Shown one piece after another: positions 37,053 to 47,458 of a DNA stretch of 64,000 nucleotides (positions are counted from its first letter, which is position 1; the number at the start of each line of letters is the position of its first letter). The stretch comes from Nitrospirota bacterium (GTDB lineage Bacteria > Nitrospirota > UBA9217): contig CAWIYV010000014.1 of NCBI GenBank assembly GCA_963840455.1, forward strand, positions 192,001 to 256,000, in the 5' to 3' direction. The position numbers were made by a program, and so were the translations under genes. The notes under the pieces were generated by a model. It did no database searches. It saw nothing but the letters and a program-made list of their open reading frames with translations, and was not told where the DNA came from.

Positions 37053-39257
37053 ATGTCCGATCATCCTCTCTCCATAGCCTTCGTCTGGCACATGCACCAG
37101 CCGTACTACAAGGACGACCTGTCGGGCAGCACGATCCTGCCCTGGGTGCGGATGCACGGGATCAAGGACTACTATGATATGCCCGCGCTCCTCACCGATT
37201 TTCCCGCGATCCACCAGACCTTCAACCTCGTCCCCTCGCTCATCAAGCAGATCCAGGACTACGTCGAGAACGACGCGTCCGACAAGTTCCTCGACATCAC
37301 CCTGAAGCCTGCAGGGGAGCTTGACCACGACGAGAAGATCTTTCTGCTGAAGAACTCGTTCATGGCGAACTGGGACACGATGATCCGCCCGTATCCCGCC
37401 TACTGGATGCTGCTCGATCGGCGGGGAAAGAGCGTCTCTCCCCGTGACCTTGAGAACGCCGTCCGCTATTTCACGACCCATGACTTTCTCGACCTGCAGG
37501 TATGGTTCAACCTGACCTGGTTCGACCCGGTCTTCAAGCAGAACGACCCGCTGGTGAAGGGGATGATCGAAAAAGGGTCCGGCTTCACCGAGGAGGAGAA
37601 GCGGCTCCTTATCGCGAAACAGCGCGAGGTCATGTCCCTCATCATCCCCGAGTACCGGAAGCTTGCCGCTGCGGGACGGATCGAGCTCACGACCACGCCG
37701 TTCTACCATCCTATTCTGCCGCTGCTCTGCGACACGGACCTGGCGAAGGTCGCCACGCCCGACATCAAGCTGCCCGCGAACCGGTTCGTCCATCCCGAAG
37801 ATGCCAGGGTGCAGGTGGAACGCGCCCTTGCCTACCACGAGACGTTCTTCGGGTCCCGCCCGGCCGGCATGTGGCCGTCGGAGGGCGCAGTGGCCGAGGA
37901 GATCCTCCCGCTCCTGGCCGGATCGGGCATCCGGTGGATCGGCACCGACGAAGGCGTGCTGGCGCGCTCACTGGGCGTCGCGATCGACCGCGATTTCAGC
38001 GGGATCATGAAGAACCCCGAGGTGCTGTACAAGCCCTACCTGGCCGGCAAGGGCGACAAGACCGTGTCCATCGTGTTCCGCGACCACACGCTCTCCGACC
38101 TCGCGGGATTCGTCTATTCCAAGTGGGATTCGAAGAATTCCGTGAACGACCTTGTCGACCGGCTGCACCGGATCCGGAAGAGCATGGGCAACAAGCCGCA
38201 CCTGGTGTCGATCATCCTGGACGGCGAGAACGCCTGGGAGTACTACCCGAACGACGGCAGGGACTTCTTCCTCTATCTCTATGAGCGTTTAAGCAAGGAA
38301 GAGGGGCTCCGGTGCGTTACCGTGAGCGAGTATCTCAAACAGCATCCCGCGCAGGACCGCATTGAGAAGCTCCATGCCGGCTCCTGGATCTACTCGAACT
38401 TCCGCATCTGGATCGGCCATGAGGAGGACAATCGCGCCTGGGACCTCTTGGGACAGACGCGGGAGGCCCTGGTGTCCTACGCGGAGCGGAACGGCGATCC
38501 GCAGAAGCTCATGAAGGCCTGGGAGGAGATCTACATCGCCGAAGGGAGCGACTGGTGCTGGTGGTACGGCGACGACCACTTCTCTGAGAACGATGAGGAG
38601 TTCGACCTCCTGTTCCGTACCCACCTTATGAACGTGTACCGCATCATCGACCTGGACGTGCCCGACGAGCTCCGCGTGCCCATCCTGCGCGGGGACCGCG
38701 AGGCCCGCCCGACCGTGGAGCTCACTTCGCTCATCTCGCCGACCATCGACGGCCAGGTCACCAACTACTTCGAATGGCTCTCCGCGGGGGTCTACGACGT
38801 GGCCCATGGCGGTGGCGCAATGCACCGCGGCGCCAGCGTCATCTCCCACATCTATTACGGATTCGATCTCAGGAACCTTTTCCTGCGGCTTGACCCGAGC
38901 CAGAACCTCCAGGACGACAAAGCGGGGGAACTCTCCTTCTTCGTGAACTTCCTTGTTCCCAAAGGATTGCATGCCGAGATCCGCGTCGTTCCCCGGGAGC
39001 GGAGGGTCACGGCGCATCTCTTTCTGGGCGAGAACAGCGACCGGAAGGAGATCGCTGCCATCAACAACGTGGCGGCCAATGAGATCATCGAGCTTGCGAT
39101 CCCCTTCGAGCTCCTGGGCGTCAAGCCGAACGATGAGATCCACTGCTTCGTCACCGTGGAGCGTAAGGGCTCGGAGATCGAGAAGTGGCCCTATCGCGGT
39201 TTCATCCAGGTGAAGGTCCCCACCGAGGACTTCGATGCCATGATGTGGCAGGTCTAG
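37053..39257 (+). CDS. Glycoside hydrolase family 57 (amylopullulanase-like)
   Basis: 'WHMHQP', 'PFYHPILPL', 'WPSEGAV', 'ILDGENAWE', 'AEGSDW.WW'. Confidence 0.93.
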   Translation: MSDHPLSIAFVWHMHQPYYKDDLSGSTILPWVRMHGIKDYYDMPALLTDFPAIHQTFNLVPSLIKQIQDYVENDASDKFLDITLKPAGELDHDEKIFLLKNSFMANWDTMIRPYPAYWMLLDRRGKSVSPRDLENAVRYFTTHDFLDLQVWFNLTWFDPVFKQNDPLVKGMIEKGSGFTEEEKRLLIAKQREVMSLIIPEYRKLAAAGRIELTTTPFYHPILPLLCDTDLAKVATPDIKLPANRFVHPEDARVQVERALAYHETFFGSRPAGMWPSEGAVAEEILPLLAGSGIRWIGTDEGVLARSLGVAIDRDFSGIMKNPEVLYKPYLAGKGDKTVSIVFRDHTLSDLAGFVYSKWDSKNSVNDLVDRLHRIRKSMGNKPHLVSIILDGENAWEYYPNDGRDFFLYLYERLSKEEGLRCVTVSEYLKQHPAQDRIEKLHAGSWIYSNFRIWIGHEEDNRAWDLLGQTREALVSYAERNGDPQKLMKAWEEIYIAEGSDWCWWYGDDHFSENDEEFDLLFRTHLMNVYRIIDLDVPDELRVPILRGDREARPTVELTSLISPTIDGQVTNYFEWLSAGVYDVAHGGGAMHRGASVISHIYYGFDLRNLFLRLDPSQNLQDDKAGELSFFVNFLVPKGLHAEIRVVPRERRVTAHLFLGENSDRKEIAAINNVAANEIIELAIPFELLGVKPNDEIHCFVTVERKGSEIEKWPYRGFIQVKVPTEDFDAMMWQV

Positions 39258-39272
39258 TCCTTGTTTATAGTT

Positions 39273-39311
39273 TTACAGAACAGTTCATCTTTTCAGGCCT
39301 GACCCCATACA
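39273..39311 (+). repeat. 39-bp direct repeat, copy 1 (Y1-transposase end-like)
   Basis: ttacagaacagttcatcttttcaggcctgaccccataca; one mismatch versus 45143-45181. Confidence 0.85.
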
Positions 39312-39513
39312 GGCCTTTTGATTTTCTCTAGCAAGTCCTGCCTGATGTCAAATATCGCAACTCATTGCAACTTTTATCAATACCCTGAAAATCCCCTGAA
39401 TTTCGTCTTGCTTTTTATTTCGATCCATACGAATATTCCCATTAATTTTCTCTAAAATAAACATTAACGAGCTCACAACTTAAATCAATGTCCGCACTCA
39501 AGGAGACTGGAAT

Positions 39514-42500
39514 ATGCGCTCTGTGAGGATCAAATTTCGCTACGTCATCATATTTTTTTTCTCATTAATTATTTTCCTTGATTATACCGCCATCGGCTAT
39601 TGTACCACCGAGCAAGAGGTGGACAAGTACGTTGCCGCCGCTCAGAAGCCGAACTGCACGGTCCTGAAAGATAAGTTTAATACTTCCGACGGGAGGGTCG
39701 GATACAACATATCGCGGAAATGTTTTCAGCAGGATTGGATTAAGAATATTGAGGCCGCAGACACCGGTGTTGGCCCCTTTCAGGGCGCCGGATGCATGGG
39801 TTACCCAATGTCCTGGGCCTATGCATGCGACAACACAGGAAGGAGCATTGGGATTACATCAAGCACGACTGTTTGGAGAAGGTCCTCGAGTAGCAGAGTT
39901 ACGACGTATTGTGATGGAACTACGAGAACAAACGTATACTCTCTAGACTGGAGTGTTGATTGTTCGTATATAACAAAATCTCCTTGTCCGCAATCTTCTT
40001 CCGAATATTCTTGCTACAGCACGGAATTTCTTACCCAATTCCTTCTGGATAAATGCGACATTAAGGTGACGAAAAATACCGGGCAAGCAACCATTGATCC
40101 CTCTTCGGGAGGGAGTGTGGATCTTTCCGCATCGGTCTTGGATTCTTCGGGCAAGCCCATCAGTTGGGAGATTGTGCTGCCGAATGGGAAGAAAGTCGCC
40201 GGCACTGGCAAGTCCCCATCAGCGACATGGGACGGCAAAGATAGCCAGGGAAAGTTTCCGGATCTGACCCCGGGACAATCCACAACCGTTATCGCATCCC
40301 TATCTGTCTGGCATTCCGATGACATGTCGTGCAAAGACACCGCCGGTTGGAACATCAAAATTACGATGAACAAGGACTGCAAGCTCGAAATCGCCTTCAG
40401 CTCAACAGCCAACGCAGGCTCGGGCAATCTCTCGCACAGTCAGCAGCTTTTTTCAACGAAGGGCGCAGAACTTGCACTGAGCGTGACCCTTTATTATAAC
40501 AGCCTTGATTCATACCGCGGTCCCCTCGGCGCAGGTTGGACCCATAACTATGATGTCGAAATCGGCGAAAGCAGTGACGGTTATGCAGTCCTTCGGGAAG
40601 TCGATGGAGGAAGAAAGGTCTACACGAAGAGCGGTACCAGCTACATTTCTCAGCCAGGAGACTACTCCGTTCTTACGAAGACCGCAGACAACGCCTTTGT
40701 CATAACCCATAAGGACGGTATAAAATACATTTTCAGCCAAGATGGGAAGATCGCGTCCATTGTCGACCGGAACGGAAATGCAATCACATTCGCATACACG
40801 AACGGAAATCTAACCGCTGTAACCGATCCCGCAGGCAGGGTCGCCGCATTGATGTACAATGCCGACAACCGGATCAGTGCCATCCATGATCCTGCGGGCA
40901 ACACGCACAGCTTTTCGTATACCGGGAATGACCTCACCACGGTTTCCACTTCCAGCTCGCAGCTCGAAACCCGCACATGGACCTACACTTACTACGCCGA
41001 TTCCTTCATGTACAGCAAGACCGATCCGAACGGCAACACCACGACCTACGCCTACGACGACAATCACCGGGTAGCATTGTCCCTCGATGCCGAAGGGAAA
41101 ACGAAACTCATCAGCTATCCCACGGGAACGGATACGACAAAAACAACCATATTTACCGAAACAGATGGCGGCGAGTGGCAATACACCTATGAAACCCAAG
41201 CGGGGACACTGACACAGAAGACCGATCCTCAGGGCGGCGAAACGCGCTTCACCTATGACGGTGATAGAAACATGACCTCCCGGATCGATCCCGACGGCAG
41301 CGCCACTACCTTTACCTATGACACAAGCGGGAATCTGACCTCAGTCACCGACGCCCTCGATCAGACCACGAACTACACGTACAACAGCTTCGGCCAGGTA
41401 ACGGCTGTCACTGACGCACAGGCGAACACCACCATTAACGGTTATGATGAGAAGGGGAATCTCGTCTCCGTAACCGACTCCAACGGCGCGGCCATTACGT
41501 ATCAGTACGATTCCAAGGGCAATGTCACAACCGTCACGGACGCGGCCGGCCAGACGACAACCTATGCCTATGACCAGAATGGCTATCTTTCCTCCATTGC
41601 CGATCCGACCGGCGCCAGCACGAGCTTAGCTTATGACATAAACGGCAACATCACCAGCCGGACGGACGCCAACGGCAATCCCATGTATTTTGAATACAAC
41701 AGCCAGAACCAGCTTTTAAAGGTCACTGACCCGGCAGGAAATGTCACAACCTTCGCTTACGATAAAAACGGCAACCAGACATCTCAGACCGACGCCAGGG
41801 GGAATACCATTCGTTACGAGTACAATTTCCAGGGTCAGGTCGTCAAGGTTATCGATGCCCTAGGGAACGTGACGAGGTACACGTACGGCGGCGCGGACTG
41901 CGCGTCATGCAGCAGTAGCGGGGACAAGCTTACAGCCGTCACCGATGCTAACGGCAATACGACCCGCTACGAGTATGATCCGTCGGGGAGGAAGACAAAG
42001 GAGATCGACCCGCTTGGCAATGAAACGTCATACACCTATGATCCGAAAGGAAATGTCCTCACGCAGACCGATGCCAACGGGCGTGTAACGTCCTTCACCT
42101 ACGATCCGCTCGGGCGTATAAAAGAACAGTTCGATCCCCTGCTCGGCGTCGTCAAATTCGACTACTCCCCCAAAAGCCAGGTCACGAAGGTAACTGATCC
42201 CCTGGGGAACACCACGATTTACGAGTATGATGCAGCGGGACGTATCACCAAAACCAGTTCACCGGACACCGGTACGACGACCTATGCCTACAATGTCACG
42301 GGCACCCTTGCTGGCAAGATCGACGCAAACGGGACCACCATAGCGTACACGTACAACAGCGTGAACAAACTGATCCGGATAGAATATCCTGATGCGTCTC
42401 AGAACATCACGTACACCTATGACGCCTGCACGAACGGCAAAGGAAGAATATGCACTATGACCGATCCTTCGGGAACGACCGCCTATGGGTATGATAAGCT

Positions 42501-44160
42501 GGGCCGCATAGTCAACGAAACGAAGACCATCCTCAGCGTGGTCTACAGCACAAGCTACGCCTATGATAATGTTGGGAATGTTACGATGATCACCTACCCC
42601 AGTGGGAGGCGGGTAAATTACGGCTATACCAGCATGAATCGGCCTGCATTGGTCAGTCAACTATTGAACCGGAGCATGATGACCGTTGCCTCGAATTTTG
42701 CCTACGACAAAGTTGGAAATCAGGTCTCCATGACATATGGCAATGGCCTCTCCCAGAACCTGACTTATGACCGCGGCAACAGACTCGTGACAACCACGTC
42801 TCCCGGGACCGTGAGCGCCAACTACACCTACGATCCCGTCGGGAATATTGCAGCCATCAACGATTTGCTCGATCCCGCGAAGTCAAAGAACTTTACGTAC
42901 GACCCGCTGGACCGGCTCGCAACCGCACTCGGTCCATGGGGGTCGTTCGTATGGACCTATGATGCAAACGGCAACCGCCTGAGCCAGACAAACGGAGAGC
43001 AGCACACATACGTCTATGATGCAAACCGCCTCCAGACGGTCAGCAACGGCCATATTGATTACTACCGATACGACAAGAACGGAAACACGATTCAAGGGGG
43101 TCAGATGGATTTCGTGTATAATCAGAACCAGCGCCTGATCAAGGCTGTGCAAGGTGACAAGACGTTGGCTGAATATCGGTACAACGGCAACGGTCAGCGG
43201 GTCATCAAGAAGACCGGCCCGGCGGCAACGAACAGCGCCAGCAGTCAGAATACGGTTTATCATTATGACCTGTCTGGCAAACTGATCGAAGAAACCGACG
43301 GCAACGGAAAAATGAGCGTGGATTACGTTTATCTGAGCGGCAAGCCCCTTGCCATGATTACGAAGCAGTCGAATAATGAAAGGGTTTACTATTACCACAA
43401 CGATCATTTAGGAACCCCGCAGAGGATGACGGACGGAGCAAGAGGAATCGTCTGGTCTGCTGACTATAAGCCATTTGGGGAAGCCATGATTAATGTCTCA
43501 ACTATCACGAACAACCTGAGATTCCCGGGGCAGTACTACGATGCGGAGACGGGGTTACACTATAATTACTTCCGCGATTACAATTCCACCATTGGTCGAT
43601 ATATCGAGTACGACCCCATAGGGATGAAAGGAGGCATTAATCTTTTCTCATATGTGGGGAACAATGCACTTTACTGGACCGATCGATTGGGTTTATGGCC
43701 TACCAAGGATCACAATAAAATTATAGAGCGTTTTGTTTTTTTCTCCTTTCCGACACTAGACCCTATGTACCGTATAACGATAAGCCATGCGATAGAAGAG
43801 GGCAGCAGATACGCCGATACGTTCCAAGATCCTCAATACTCATATATTCATCATATGAGAGATGGGAGAACTGATCAGTCAAAGAATGATGCAGAGTTAT
43901 TGATGAACACGTTTATTAATAATCATCTCCAGAAATACAAATGTGACATGGCACAGGGCAATTACAATGAAGCATATAAAAATCTAGGGATGGCGTTACA
44001 CCCAATCATGGATTCGACTTCCCCATCGCATGGTGATTTTCTACCATGGAATGGGATAATACCACTTCTTCTGTCAGGGATACATGTTGCTGAGGAAGCA
44101 ATAATTAATGAGTCGCAGATACAGCAAGCAGTAGATAAAATGATTAAAATCCTTCAATGA
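39514..44160 (+). CDS. RHS/YD-repeat polymorphic toxin with PLC/P1-nuclease-like C-terminal tip
   Basis: Signal-like N-terminus, 'WDGKD' Ig-like motif, many YD repeats, core 'LRFPGQYYDAETGLHYNYFRDY..DPIG..DRLGL'. Confidence 0.93.
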   Translation: MRSVRIKFRYVIIFFFSLIIFLDYTAIGYCTTEQEVDKYVAAAQKPNCTVLKDKFNTSDGRVGYNISRKCFQQDWIKNIEAADTGVGPFQGAGCMGYPMSWAYACDNTGRSIGITSSTTVWRRSSSSRVTTYCDGTTRTNVYSLDWSVDCSYITKSPCPQSSSEYSCYSTEFLTQFLLDKCDIKVTKNTGQATIDPSSGGSVDLSASVLDSSGKPISWEIVLPNGKKVAGTGKSPSATWDGKDSQGKFPDLTPGQSTTVIASLSVWHSDDMSCKDTAGWNIKITMNKDCKLEIAFSSTANAGSGNLSHSQQLFSTKGAELALSVTLYYNSLDSYRGPLGAGWTHNYDVEIGESSDGYAVLREVDGGRKVYTKSGTSYISQPGDYSVLTKTADNAFVITHKDGIKYIFSQDGKIASIVDRNGNAITFAYTNGNLTAVTDPAGRVAALMYNADNRISAIHDPAGNTHSFSYTGNDLTTVSTSSSQLETRTWTYTYYADSFMYSKTDPNGNTTTYAYDDNHRVALSLDAEGKTKLISYPTGTDTTKTTIFTETDGGEWQYTYETQAGTLTQKTDPQGGETRFTYDGDRNMTSRIDPDGSATTFTYDTSGNLTSVTDALDQTTNYTYNSFGQVTAVTDAQANTTINGYDEKGNLVSVTDSNGAAITYQYDSKGNVTTVTDAAGQTTTYAYDQNGYLSSIADPTGASTSLAYDINGNITSRTDANGNPMYFEYNSQNQLLKVTDPAGNVTTFAYDKNGNQTSQTDARGNTIRYEYNFQGQVVKVIDALGNVTRYTYGGADCASCSSSGDKLTAVTDANGNTTRYEYDPSGRKTKEIDPLGNETSYTYDPKGNVLTQTDANGRVTSFTYDPLGRIKEQFDPLLGVVKFDYSPKSQVTKVTDPLGNTTIYEYDAAGRITKTSSPDTGTTTYAYNVTGTLAGKIDANGTTIAYTYNSVNKLIRIEYPDASQNITYTYDACTNGKGRICTMTDPSGTTAYGYDKLGRIVNETKTILSVVYSTSYAYDNVGNVTMITYPSGRRVNYGYTSMNRPALVSQLLNRSMMTVASNFAYDKVGNQVSMTYGNGLSQNLTYDRGNRLVTTTSPGTVSANYTYDPVGNIAAINDLLDPAKSKNFTYDPLDRLATALGPWGSFVWTYDANGNRLSQTNGEQHTYVYDANRLQTVSNGHIDYYRYDKNGNTIQGGQMDFVYNQNQRLIKAVQGDKTLAEYRYNGNGQRVIKKTGPAATNSASSQNTVYHYDLSGKLIEETDGNGKMSVDYVYLSGKPLAMITKQSNNERVYYYHNDHLGTPQRMTDGARGIVWSADYKPFGEAMINVSTITNNLRFPGQYYDAETGLHYNYFRDYNSTIGRYIEYDPIGMKGGINLFSYVGNNALYWTDRLGLWPTKDHNKIIERFVFFSFPTLDPMYRITISHAIEEGSRYADTFQDPQYSYIHHMRDGRTDQSKNDAELLMNTFINNHLQKYKCDMAQGNYNEAYKNLGMALHPIMDSTSPSHGDFLPWNGIIPLLLSGIHVAEEAIINESQIQQAVDKMIKILQ

Positions 44161-44173
44161 TGGGTGATTCCCT

Positions 44174-44602
44174 ATGAAAAAACTGCAGAGGTATCGAAAA
44201 AAAATGATCGTATTGGCAATTCCAGCAATTGTCTTCGTTATTCTTGAAATACCATTCAATCTCGTTGTATCCCCGGAGCGACGATTGACCTTCATTGATG
44301 CTGCAGGGAAGCCAATCGCTCACGCGGAAGTGTGGCAAGTCTGGCATCAATATTCGATAGGGGTGTCAGGAGATGAAAGTTTAAAGACGGATTCTGATGG
44401 CAGAGTCTATCTCCCGAAACATTCCATAAATACAAAAATTATTTCGCTTCTTGCTGGTGCGCTGCGAGAGTTCAAGAGTGTTGGAATTCATGCAAGCTAT
44501 GGTTCAAGTGAACATGTAATGATCAAAACAAGTGATCAAATTGTTAAATCATATTATGATGGAAAGGGATTGGAAAATGAGCTTGTAATTCTAGGCTGGT
44601 AA
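44174..44602 (+). CDS. Putative immunity protein, membrane-anchored
   Basis: 13 bp after the Rhs stop, AT-rich like the tip, N-terminal TM then 'DAAGKPI..AEV..TDSDG' beta domain. Confidence 0.65.
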   Translation: MKKLQRYRKKMIVLAIPAIVFVILEIPFNLVVSPERRLTFIDAAGKPIAHAEVWQVWHQYSIGVSGDESLKTDSDGRVYLPKHSINTKIISLLAGALREFKSVGIHASYGSSEHVMIKTSDQIVKSYYDGKGLENELVILGW

Positions 44603-44721
44603 CGCCTAGCCTCGGGAGAAACATAGGGAAACAAGTAAGGACATATGGGAGACATATGGGCTATTGATGCATTTAATGCATAACGCTTGACAGACAGTAG
44701 GCGGTGGGATAGAAACGCCCC

Positions 44722-45142
44722 ATGCCACGCCAAGCCCGCCTCGATGCTCCCGGCGCACTGCATCACATCATGGTGGGCGGGATCAATAGGACCGATATAT
44801 TCGCTGACAGCCAGGACAAAGCCCGATTTCTCGAACGGTTAGGTGAAAACGTCACCGAGGGGAAATGCTCCATCTACGCATGGGTCCTTATAGACAACCA
44901 TGTACATCTGCTTTTTAAGACGATAAATATTGATTCAGTGATTTTATATTAGCCCTTGAAATCAAGGATAAATTCTTTGATCTCACGGGCTTTTCTTATT
45001 TACCGGACGCGTGCGCTCATCGCGCTTCGGTGCAGGGAAGAGATCGGGTGTTCAGGCGCTGAGATCGCCCGCCATCTCGGCGTCACTACCACCAGTATAA
45101 ATCGTGTAGTCGAGAGGGCGGAGAACGTCCCCAAAGTGCCCC
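44722..45142 (+). pseudogene. Internally deleted Y1/HUH (REP-associated, IS200-like) transposase
   Basis: 'MPRQARLDAPGALHHIM..YAWVLIDNHVHLL' (HUH) plus separate C-terminal HTH 'AEIARHLGVTTTSINR'; ends AACGTCCCC. Confidence 0.8.
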
Positions 45143-45181
45143 TTACAGAACATTTCATCTTTTCAGGCCTGACCCCATACA
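45143..45181 (+). repeat. 39-bp direct repeat, copy 2
   Basis: ttacagaacatttcatcttttcaggcctgaccccataca. Confidence 0.85.
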
Positions 45182-45524
45182 CCACTTCCTGAAGTTGTTG
45201 TCGATGCGAATCTTAATAATATTCAATGCTTCATCTTGTAATTAGTGCTCCGTTCCGCCCTGCAGAATCAATCTTTTTCTTCGGATGTCTATCGTGGACT
45301 GACCTCCTTTTTACGAGAGCAAGTTGACTCCGAATCCCCTTTTTCTGTCTGCTCTTTTTTGATATTTTATGCAAATACCCCAAAAATACCCCGACCGTAC
45401 TCTTTACAGCATCAACAGCCCCTGCTATGCTTGAGATAGATTTTCACCCAAATGCGACGACATTCTGAAAAGCATTCAGAATGGATATAAATTTTTCATC
45501 GACACCTGCGTAACAAATAAATGA

Positions 45525-45641
45525 TTCCACGATAAAGCCAAACCCTTCGCGAGAGGGAGACGGAAAGCAACGGGTCTTGGAAGACAAGACGGCCGAGCTG
45601 CCGAAGGATAAAGCCTTTGGTATGCCCGGCCTTTTCTTTTT
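45525..45641 (+). ncRNA. Cyclic di-GMP-I (GEMM-I) riboswitch with overlapping terminator
   Basis: GCCAAACC-GCGA tetraloop-GACGGAAAGC-CGGGTCT..GCCGAGCTGCCGAA, then hairpin and U tract. Confidence 0.85.
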
Positions 45642-45871
45642 GCGCTACATTTGGCAACAATGAAATATGAAGATGCAAAGATTCTTATGTCTGACAATGA
45701 GAGCGATTTTCCGGTAGCCTGTGGAAAAAGGAATACCGTGAGTGTGAAGTAAGGCATGACGAAGGATCCGAAACGAAAAGGAGGTGGAAAAATGTAAAGG
45801 GCATTATGCAAAAGAATAAGGCATTGGGGAAATGGAAATAAGTTTAAAACCGAAAAGGAAAGGAGGGTGAA

Positions 45872-46465
45872 ATGAAAAGGACAATTGTTTTATTATGCGC
45901 TTTGTATTTGGTACTAGCTTTTGGAACGGCTTTTGCCGCGCCTGCCAAGAAAATTATAAATGTATTGGATGATATCCCCCCTGCCTGGAGTAAGACGCTC
46001 CAGTGCGACACAACGGCATGTCCCAGGTTTGAGCTGGTCATGGGGGGGGCGGCCGTGCTCGACCATGAAACGGGCCTTGTGTGGGAGCAGGCGCCGAATG
46101 CGCAACAGCTTTATTGGGTAGATGCTGTTACTGCTTGCGCTAATAAAAAAGTGGGCGACCGAATGGGATGGCACTTGCCGACATTTGAACAGCTGGCTAG
46201 TCTGGTGGATCCGACGAACGTAAATACCTGCTGCAGCCCCGCGCTTCCCATCGGCCATCCGTTCACCAATATATCGATGGGGGACGCATACCATTCGAGT
46301 ACCACCTTCACGGCCTACTTCTCGGGGCCGGACACCCCTAGTCTTTGGGTTAGAACCGTGCACTTCCGCTATGCCATAACGTCCGGAGTCGGTACTGAGT
46401 ACAACGCCGGAAGCTATGCCCATGTATGGTGTGTGCGTGGTGGACAAAGTCGTGATATTCCTTGA
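45872..46465 (+). CDS. Secreted DUF1566 (Lcl C-terminal) domain protein
   Basis: Signal peptide; 'VLDHETGLVWEQ', 'W.DA..C', 'GWHLPT..L.SL', 'VWCVRGG'. Confidence 0.88.
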   Translation: MKRTIVLLCALYLVLAFGTAFAAPAKKIINVLDDIPPAWSKTLQCDTTACPRFELVMGGAAVLDHETGLVWEQAPNAQQLYWVDAVTACANKKVGDRMGWHLPTFEQLASLVDPTNVNTCCSPALPIGHPFTNISMGDAYHSSTTFTAYFSGPDTPSLWVRTVHFRYAITSGVGTEYNAGSYAHVWCVRGGQSRDIP

Positions 46466-46654
46466 TTTGGTCGTTCGAATTATTTGATGTCTTTTCATGC
46501 GAGGTGCAAGGGGGAGCCGGAAGGCTCCTCCACTTTTTCGGGGGAAGATCAACCAGTATTCTGCACCTCCAGTTTACGATTGTCATTGCAGGCTTGCAGG
46601 TGCAGCTGACGAAATAGTTGAAGAAAAATACTACACAGGAGGGGAGATTACGAT

Positions 46655-47002
46655 TTGACCCTGTATGGAAAAAATAAAAGAATTAATGGAAGAATGAAAC
46701 GGGAAATAGTTGTGGGAATCAAGACCAAAACGGAAGCGCGGGAGGCTTACACGATCGACCTTTCCGTTGGCGGAATTCGGGTTGGCGGCGCACTGCTGAA
46801 TCTTCCCCTGGGTGAGCAGGTGGAGCTAACGATGGCAAAAGGAGGAGAAAAAATTCCCTTCTCCGGCAGAGTTGCACGAGAAGATGGCATGTACCACCTT
46901 AATCGTATTGGACGCGATGTACTCGTATTTTTTATACGAATAACGGATGCGAAGTTCCCCGAGTTCGTGAGCAGTAATTATCATTTAGGATCGCTGCACT
47001 AA
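46655..47002 (+). CDS. PilZ domain protein
   Basis: RxxxR 'RINGR' and DxSxxG 'DLSVGG'; GGAGGGG RBS. Confidence 0.8.
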   Translation: MTLYGKNKRINGRMKREIVVGIKTKTEAREAYTIDLSVGGIRVGGALLNLPLGEQVELTMAKGGEKIPFSGRVAREDGMYHLNRIGRDVLVFFIRITDAKFPEFVSSNYHLGSLH

Positions 47003-47168
47003 TAGCCGTCTAGCATTTTCATATCATACTTCCAAAGCCTGGGATAAATCCTTCTTATCCGAGGCAAGGATTTCCATTTCCACCTTCACCTATGTAAATG
47101 CAGCAAAGTGAAAAGTTGCTCACTCTGAAAATTGACGGTGCATCATATATGTGATTAACTATAATCAG

Positions 47169-47283
47169 TTCCCGATAAAGCCAAACGCTCCATGAGGAGA
47201 GGAAGGAAAGCGGCGGGTCTTCAGGATGCGGAGATAGCCGAGCTGCCGAAGGATGATGCCTTTGGTATGCCCGGCTATTTTTA
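47169..47283 (+). ncRNA. Second cyclic di-GMP-I riboswitch with terminator
   Basis: GATAAAGCCAAAC..GGAAAGC..CGGGTCT..GCCGAGCTGCCGAAGG..GCCTTTGGTATGCCCGGC; paralogous to 45525. Confidence 0.8.
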
Positions 47284-47458
47284 TCTTGTAGTCAAGTCGA
47301 AGGATCTTCGTCGCGGTTTAGAGGCCCAACGGAAAATGAACAGGCCATGACCCGGAGAACAAACAGTACCCGGCCTCGGGCCAGAACTTCTTGCTCAGTT
47401 TATTTTGATATAGTTAGAGATACGCAAATCTGCCCACCAGATGAACACGAGGTGCGCG

